This document shows positions 58,061 through 64,000 of a DNA stretch of 64,000 nt, piece after piece (position 1 is the first letter of the stretch; each line of letters starts with the position of its first letter). The position numbers were made by a program, and so were the translations under genes. Location of the stretch: NCBI GenBank assembly GCA_963775365.1, contig CAVZJL010000054.1:41151-105150 (forward strand). The letters run 5' to 3'. The DNA comes from an uncultured Acidobacteriaceae bacterium (lineage in GTDB: Bacteria > Acidobacteriota > Terriglobia > Terriglobales > Acidobacteriaceae). The notes below the pieces were generated by a model, which saw only the letters and a list, made by a program, of their open reading frames with translations, had not been told where the DNA came from and did not search any database.

Positions 58061-60495
58061 CTAGTCCTGCCTGATCGGCGGCGCGCCGGACACGTCGTGG
58101 CCGGTCTGCAGTGCCTCCCAGACCCGGTCGGGCAGCAGCGGCATGTCGATGTTGCGAATCGGCCCGCCCCCGGTCCCGCTCCCACCCCCGGCCCCAGCCT
58201 CGGACAGCGCGTCCAGGACGGCGTTGACGAAGGCCGCGGGGCCGCCGACGGCGGCGCATTCGCCGATGCCCTTGGCGCCCAGCGGGTGGTGCGGGCACGG
58301 GGTGACGACCTCACTGTGCAGCTCGAATCCTGGTGTCTCCCAGGCTGAGGGCAGCATGTAGTCCATGTAGTTGGAGCCGATGCAGTTGCCGTCGGCGTCG
58401 AAGGTGATGAACTGCATCGACGCCATCGCGTACGCCTCGGTGAGGCCGCCCATGATCTGGCCCTCGACGATCATCGGGTTGATCCGGATGCCGCAGTCGT
58501 CCACCGCGACCGTCTTCAGCACGTCCCACACCCCGGTGAGCGGGTCCACCTCGACGGTGACGATGTAGACCGCGAACGGCCAGGTCAGGTTCGGCGGATC
58601 GTAGTACGCGGTGTTCTCCAGGCCGGCTTCATGCCGTCGGGCATGTTGCCGTACGCGGCCATCGCGCACTCCTGGATGGTCACGCCGCGGTCCGGGGCGG
58701 ACCTGATGTAGAACCGGCCCAGCTCCCATTCGACGTCTTCCTCGGACACCTCAAGCAGGTGGGCGGCGAGCTTGCGGGCCTTGGCGCGGATCTTGCGCGA
58801 CACCATGGCTATCGCTGCCCCGGCCACCGGCGTGGAGCGGGAGGCGTAGGTACCCATTCCGAACGGAGCTGTGTCAGTGTCGCCCTCCTCCACTGTCACG
58901 TCCTCCGCCGGGATGCCCAGCTCGTGGGCGACGATCTGCGCCCAGGTGGTCTCGTGCCCCTGACCCTGGCCCCGCGCGCCAGTCCGCAGCATCGCCTTGC
59001 CGGTCATGTGGATCTTGAGGTCGGCGGAGTCGAACATCTTGATGCCGAGGATGTCGTACTCGCGGCTGTTGCCCGCGCCCAGTGGCTCGGTCATCGTGGA
59101 GATGCCCAGGCCGAGGAGCCGGCCGCGCTTGCGGGCCTCGGCCTGCTCGCGGCGGAAGTTCTCGTAGTCAATCGCCTTGAGGCCCACGTCGAGGCACTTG
59201 GCGTACTGCCCGGAGTCGGTGAGGAAGCCGAGCGGCGTGCGGTGCGGGAAGTCGTCATCGCGGACGAAGTTCATCCGGCGGAACGCGGCCTGGTCCATGC
59301 CCAGGTCGTCTGCGGCGGCCTGCATCATCCGTTCCTGGAAGAACATCGCCTCGGTGACCCGGAACGAGCACCGGTAGGCCACACCGCCGGGGGCCTTGTT
59401 GGTGTAGAGGCCGCGGGCAGCCAGGTGCGCCACCGGGATGTCGTAGGCGGCGAACGCCGAGTGAATCAGCCCGATCTTGAACTTGCTCGGCTGCGCGTCG
59501 GCGAAGAACGCCCCGTGGTCGGCGTCGGTGCGCATCCGGACGGCGAGGATCTTGCCGTCCTTGCGCAGCGCCATCTCCCCCTTGAGGTACACGTCGCGGG
59601 CGAACCCGGTGGAGATGAGGTTGCCCGTCTTGTCCTCGACCCACTTGACGGGCCGTTCTAGCAGGATTGAGGCCAGGATCGACATCACGTAGCCGGGGTA
59701 GACCGGGACCTTGTTGCCGAAGCCGCCGCCGATGTCCGGCGAGATGATCCGGATCATGTGCTCGGGGATCTCGGCGACCATCGCGACGGCGGCCCGGATG
59801 ATGTGCGGTGCCTGGCTCGTCATGTGGACCGTGAGCTTGCCGGTGGCCCGGTTGAAGTCCGCGACCGACCCGCAGCACTCGATCGGCGAGGGATGCGAGC
59901 GCGGGTAGTGCAGTTCCAGCTTCGACACCACGTCGGCTTGCTCGAACGCCCGGTCGGTGCCGGCCTTGTCCCCCACCTCCCAGTCGTAGATCACGTTGCC
60001 GTCCTGGCCGTCCTTGTCGTCCCTGATGACCGGGGCATCCGCCGCCTGGGCCTGCCAGGGGTTGACGATGACGGGCAGCGGCTCGTAGTCGACATCGATC
60101 GCCTCGCAGGCGTCCTTGGCGATGTACGGGTCGTCGGCAATGACGCAGGCGACTTCCTGGCCCTGGAACCGCACCTTGTCGGTGGCCAGCACCGCCTGCG
60201 TGTCGTAGGACAGGGTGGGCATCCAGGCGAGGTTCCTGGTCGCCATCATCTCGCCGGTCAGGACAAGGTGAACGCCGGGAATCTCCCAGGCCTTGCTGGT
60301 GTCGATGGACCTGATCCGGGCGTGCGGCAGCGGGCTGCGCAAGATCTCCATGTGCAGCATTCCGGGCAGGGTCACGTCGTCGAGGTAGTTGCCCTTGCCC
60401 CGGATGAACCGGTCATCCTCGACGCGCTTGCGGCTGGCGCCGATGCCGCCGATCTTGATCTCGTCCAGTGCCTTGGACGTGACTTCCGCGGTCAT
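58061..60495 (-). pseudogene. coxL: form-I [MoCu] CO dehydrogenase large subunit, one frameshift near 58628
   Basis: Active-site loop GGVAYRCSFRVTEAMF (AYXCSFR = form I signature); ORFs 58585..60495 and 58061..58729 join as AAYGNMPDGM/EAGLENTAYYDPPNLTW; total about 811 codons. Confidence 0.9.
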
Positions 60496-61037
60496 GCTGT
60501 CTCCTCAGCAGCGCCGGCCTCAGCGCGCAGCTTCGTGGCGGCCCACAGGACGGACTTCACGATGTTCTGGTAACCAGTGCAGCGGCACAGGTTGCCCGAC
60601 AGCCCCCACCGGACGTCCTCCTCGGTGGGGTCGGGGTTGCGGTCAAGCAGGCCCTTGGCCGCCATCATCATGCCCGGCGTGCAGAATCCGCACTGCAGGC
60701 CGTGCTCCTGCCGGAATCCCTCCTGGAGCGGGTGCAACTCGCTGGCCGACGCCAGCCCCTCGACGGTTTGCACGGACCGGCCGTCGACCTGGACGGCGAG
60801 CATCGTGCAGGACTTGATCGGCCTGCCGTCCACCAGGACGGTGCACGCACCGCAGTTGGTGGTGTCACAGCCCATGTGAGTGCCAGTGGCTCCGACCCCC
60901 CGGCGGATCAGGTGCGACAGCAGCAGCCGCGGCTCGATCTCGGCTATCTTCTTGCGACCGTTGATCGTGAACCTGATCCGGCGGACCGGGATGTCGCTGG
61001 CCGCCTCGTCGCCGAGGTCGTCGAATACCTGCGTCAT
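60492..61037 (-). CDS. coxS: CO dehydrogenase small subunit, [2Fe-2S]
   Basis: 181 aa; [16 protein letters not shown] and [10 protein letters not shown]...[12 protein letters not shown] cluster motifs. Confidence 0.9.
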   Translation of the reverse strand: MTQVFDDLGDEAASDIPVRRIRFTINGRKKIAEIEPRLLLSHLIRRGVGATGTHMGCDTTNCGACTVLVDGRPIKSCTMLAVQVDGRSVQTVEGLASASELHPLQEGFRQEHGLQCGFCTPGMMMAAKGLLDRNPDPTEEDVRWGLSGNLCRCTGYQNIVKSVLWAATKLRAEAGAAEETA

Positions 61038-61042
61038 GTCGG

Positions 61043-61939
61043 TCAGGCCGCCTGTTCTGTCGTCGCCGGCTCGGCTGCCACGGGCAGGGAACCGCCCAGG
61101 ATGCGCGCGGTGAAGGTGTGCACCATGTGCCGCTTGTACGCGGCGCTACCGCGGTGGTCGGTTCGCGGCTGCGCCACGGCCGCCGCGAGGCCGGCCGCCT
61201 CCTCGATCAGCTCGGGCGTGAGCGCCTTGCCGACCAGGAGCGCCGCCGCCTCGGCCGCGTTGATGGTGGACCCGCCGACCCCGGTCAGCCCGATGCCCGC
61301 GCGGACGACGCTGCCAGCGGCGCTTACCTCGATCGCCACGGCCACGCCGCACGTGGCGAAGTCCCCGACCCGCCGCTCCAGCTTCAGGTAACCGCCGGCG
61401 CGCTTGCCGGCCGCCGCCGGCACGATGGCCTCGACCGCGATCTCGTCGTGCTCAAGCGCGGTCTCGAACGGCCCGGTCACGAAGGAGGCGAGCGGGATTG
61501 CCCGGCGGCCGGACGGCCCCTGAGCCACCACCGACCCGCCGAGCGCGATCATCACCGCCGCCCAGTCGCCTTGCGGGTCCGCGTGGCACAAGGACCCGAC
61601 CAGCGTCCCCCGGTTCCGCACCAGCGGGTCGGCGATCATCGGGGCGGCGGCGGCCATCGTCGGCTGCGTGTCCCGCAGCAGATCCGACCACTCCAGGTCC
61701 GCATGCCGCGCCAGCGCCCCGATGTGCAGGCTCCCATCAGGCGCCGCCGTCACGTACGAGAGGCCCGGGACGTTATTGATGTCAATGAGGAGCTCCGGCG
61801 ACGCGAACCGGAGCTTCATCATTGGCACGAGGCTCTGCCCGCCGGCGAGGACCTTGGCGTAGTCGCCGCCATCACGCAGCAGGCCAATCGCCTCGTCGAG
61901 GGAGCGCGGCGCCTCGTAGCGGAACCGCGATGGATACAT
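61043..61939 (-). CDS. coxM: CO dehydrogenase medium subunit, FAD-binding
   Basis: ATG 61939 with GGAGG 8 nt upstream; [54 protein letters not shown]. Confidence 0.85.
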   Translation of the reverse strand: MYPSRFRYEAPRSLDEAIGLLRDGGDYAKVLAGGQSLVPMMKLRFASPELLIDINNVPGLSYVTAAPDGSLHIGALARHADLEWSDLLRDTQPTMAAAAPMIADPLVRNRGTLVGSLCHADPQGDWAAVMIALGGSVVAQGPSGRRAIPLASFVTGPFETALEHDEIAVEAIVPAAAGKRAGGYLKLERRVGDFATCGVAVAIEVSAAGSVVRAGIGLTGVGGSTINAAEAAALLVGKALTPELIEEAAGLAAAVAQPRTDHRGSAAYKRHMVHTFTARILGGSLPVAAEPATTEQAA

Positions 61940-62066
61940 GCACGTGCCTCCGGGGAGTAGGAACGGCAGGTTACTTAGGGGCAGGTTGTAGAAGGGCGCC
62001 CCGTGCCGTCTGGACTGAGTGGAGCGACCGAGGAACGAGGGAGCGCAGCGAGGGAAGACGGCGCGC

Positions 62067-62350
62067 CTAAAGGGCGCCCGTATCGGGGGTCCGGGGGTCG
62101 CCCCCCGGGCTAGCATCATCGGGGATGGCCACCGGCCCGGATTCGTAGTCGGGGTCAGGGCGCGGCTCCTGGTGCGGCGGCCAGGGCCCGGCGACGGGCT
62201 GGCCGGCGACCTTGAGGAAGTCGACGACCTGCGGCCAGGCCCACACGGTGGAGCCCCGCTCGCGTTGGTCTTAGGCGCGTCCTCGATCGCCTCGTACAGG
62301 CGCGGATTGCCCTTGCTGTGACCGTCAGACTCGACTCGCATGCCCCGCAT
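62067..62350 (-). pseudogene. small hypothetical gene upstream of coxM, one probable frameshift at the C4 run 62254..62257
   Basis: ATG 62350 with AAGAGGGG upstream; MRGMRVESDGHSKGNPRLYEAIEDAPKTNASG then, one frame over, STVWAWPQVVDFLKVAGQPVAGPWPPHQEPRPDPDYESGPVAI...TAG; both parts have high GC3. Confidence 0.4.
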
Positions 62351-62523
62351 ACTGCGCCCCTCTTAACACCGTCGCAACAGCGAAATAAGGTGATGCTTAA
62401 TCAGATGGCCGATAGCGGGGACGCATGTCGACTCTGAGCCACATCTCGGGTCAGCAACGCTGAGATAACGTCAACGGGCCTGCTCCTCCCGGCCGTGGCT
62501 CAAAGCTCAAGATCATCTTCCCG

Positions 62524-62568
62524 AAAAAGTTTGGCTTTTGGGTTGCTGCAGCAACCAAAAAGCCAAAC
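62524..62568 (-). terminator. intrinsic terminator downstream of the LysR gene
   Basis: 20-bp arms gtttggcttttgggttgctg / cagcaaccaaaaagccaaac (19/20 complementary), followed on the minus strand by TTTTT (62524-62528). Confidence 0.6.
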
Positions 62569-62622
62569 ATTCATTCGACAACGACAGGGGCTCGTGTGAC
62601 TACCACCCAGGCAGCCCTCATG

Positions 62623-63576
62623 TCACGACCAGATGGTCACGTAAACGGGAGGCTTGAAACGCGACGGCGGTACTCCGGCGGCCGGCGATCTGATCAGCTG
62701 CATCGCCTCGGGCGTAGAAAGGAAGCGCCGCAAGGAGGCAGCGGCGCCACTGCGGTGATCCCGGTCCAGCATCGTCACGTACCAGGCCTCATCCGATGGC
62801 AGGCCGGCCGCGTCCACCAGGGCCAGCTCGCCGCGCCGTACCTGGTGGGCGACCAGGTGCTCGATCGCGGTCGCGACCCCCGCGCCGTCGGCGGCGGCGG
62901 CCCACGCGGCGGTCTGACTTTGCATCACCCGGATGTTGCCCTCCGGGACGCCCAGCCGGGCCAGCAGCCGCGCGGTGGAGCTGCCCGGGTCGGCACCGGA
63001 CGGCCCGGCCAGCCACCGCCATTGCCGAGGAGATCCCCGCAGCGACCCGGCGCCCTGCCCAGAGGTGACCGCGGCCAGCCGGTACTTGAACACCGGCTCG
63101 CTGACCACCGGAAGGTCGCCCTCTCTGGAGGCTGCCGGGCCGAAAGCGACATCCGCCAGCCGGTTGCCGATCAGCACGCCGTGGTCCCCGGCGGGGGCGA
63201 CGCCGGTGGTGACCTCGACCGCGCCAGTGAATCGCCGGGTGAACGCCTCCATCAGCGGTGCCGCCACGAACTCGGCGAAGGTCGCGGTCGCGATGATCCG
63301 CAGTTGCTCGGGCGCGCCCTGCGCGGCGCGCACGGCCGCGTAGGCCTCCGCCCCCAGGACGACGATCTGCGACGCGGTGCCGAGCAGCCGGGCGCCGCCG
63401 GCCGTCAGCGTCATGCCGGACTGGCTGCGGGTGATCAGCTGGTCACCAAGGTCTTGCCGCAGCGCCGTGAGCGCCTGCGACACCGCCGACTCGCTGACGC
63501 CGAGCGCGCTGGCGGCGGCCCGGACCGACCCCAGCCGGGCCACCAGGACGAACGCGTTCAGCTGCGTCAGCGTCAC
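62623..63576 (-). CDS. LysR-family transcriptional regulator
   Basis: 317 aa, intact; MTLTQLNAFVLVARLGSVRAAASALGVSESAVSQALTALRQDLGDQLI HTH; divergent from the 63630 operon. Confidence 0.85.
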   Translation of the reverse strand: MTLTQLNAFVLVARLGSVRAAASALGVSESAVSQALTALRQDLGDQLITRSQSGMTLTAGGARLLGTASQIVVLGAEAYAAVRAAQGAPEQLRIIATATFAEFVAAPLMEAFTRRFTGAVEVTTGVAPAGDHGVLIGNRLADVAFGPAASREGDLPVVSEPVFKYRLAAVTSGQGAGSLRGSPRQWRWLAGPSGADPGSSTARLLARLGVPEGNIRVMQSQTAAWAAAADGAGVATAIEHLVAHQVRRGELALVDAAGLPSDEAWYVTMLDRDHRSGAAASLRRFLSTPEAMQLIRSPAAGVPPSRFKPPVYVTIWS

Positions 63577-63629
63577 CGCATGCCTTCCTGTCGTACTCTC
63601 ACCACAACCCCACCTCTACGGAGGTTCTA

Positions 63630-64000
63630 GTGCAAGTCCCGGCTCAGGTCGAGTACGAAAGGGCAACAAGCGTCAGCCACGCGCTCGCGCTGCTCGCCCG
63701 GTATGGCCCCGAGGCGCGAATCCTTGCTGGCGGGCACAGCCTCATCCCCATGATGAAGCTGCGCATCGCCCAGCCCGAAGTCCTCATCGACATCAACGGA
63801 ATCGCCGACCTCAGGTACATCACAAAATCGGGCGACGTCCTCCGAATCGGCACCCTCGCCAGGCATGCCGACCTGCTGGAATCCGCGCTCGCGGGTGAGC
63901 ACTTCGCCATCTTGCACGACGCCGAGCGGGTGATCGCCGATCCGATCGTCCGCGAGTGGGGCACCGTGGGAGGCTCGCTGTGCCAGGCGGACCCGTCCGA
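63630..64000 (+). CDS. xanthine dehydrogenase/CoxM-family FAD-binding subunit, partial (runs off window end)
   Basis: GTG 63630 with GGAGG at 63621-63625; VQVPAQVEYERATSVSHALALLARYGPEARILAGGHSLIPMMKLRIAQPEVLIDINGI...; not in the ORF track because no stop is reached. Confidence 0.8.
   Translation, partial: MQVPAQVEYERATSVSHALALLARYGPEARILAGGHSLIPMMKLRIAQPEVLIDINGIADLRYITKSGDVLRIGTLARHADLLESALAGEHFAILHDAERVIADPIVREWGTVGGSLCQADPS

Noticed and set aside
61940-62350. N-terminal 137-codon extension of coxM (ORF 61043..62350)
   Set aside because: coxM has a canonical start ([11 protein letters not shown]) with GGAGG upstream at 61939. The upstream part belongs to a separate small gene or is non-coding.

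Overview
All calls come from reading the ORF translations and the DNA by eye; no database search was run. The window is a composite of two unrelated stretches joined near 36,355-36,363.

Part A (1 to ~36,355) has a by-eye GC in the high 50s % and looks like an Acidobacteriota/Terriglobia-type chromosome (inference). It carries:
- rbfA, nrnA and a DUF503 gene.
- An LPS-core/exopolysaccharide locus: GT9, gmhB, FkbM methyltransferase, GT4, a Wzc-like tyrosine autokinase, GT2, a Wza-like exporter and a WcaF-like acetyltransferase.
- A sugar-nucleotide block: FAD oxidoreductase, ugd, uxs, rfbB, rfbA.
- polX, csp, a NUDIX hydrolase, bshC, a DUF59 protein, a polyprenyl synthase, a large membrane protein, a penicillin-acylase family protein and a second DHH protein.
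- Dispersed REP-like hairpin repeats.

Part B (~36,363 to 64,000) has a by-eye GC near 70% and looks actinobacterial. It carries:
- A truncated AlsS-like gene and oxc, both riddled with frameshifts.
- DUF1348 and SnoaL-like proteins, and a Ser/Thr kinase with a W-rich propeller.
- A TPP riboswitch controlling an NCS1 permease.
- A CoxD/CoxE-like MoxR-VWA pair, an ArsR/MFS pair, and kup.
- A form-I CO dehydrogenase operon, coxM-coxS-coxL-xdhC(YHS fusion)-coxG.
- A LysR gene divergent from a second xdh-family operon that is cut by the window end.

The most interesting unexplained content is a translationally coupled array of five paralogous single-pass mini-membrane proteins directly downstream of coxG (54.9-56.3 kb). 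I could not assign them to any characterised family.

Genes on both sides of the A/B junction are truncated and no mobile-element signatures are present. The join is therefore more likely an assembly, binning or concatenation artefact than horizontal transfer.

Many genes are broken by single-base indels. Where I reconstructed the indel, nearly all fall in short homopolymer runs, which suggests sequencing error rather than decay. No rRNA, tRNA, CRISPR array, transposase, integrase or recognisable defence system was seen.
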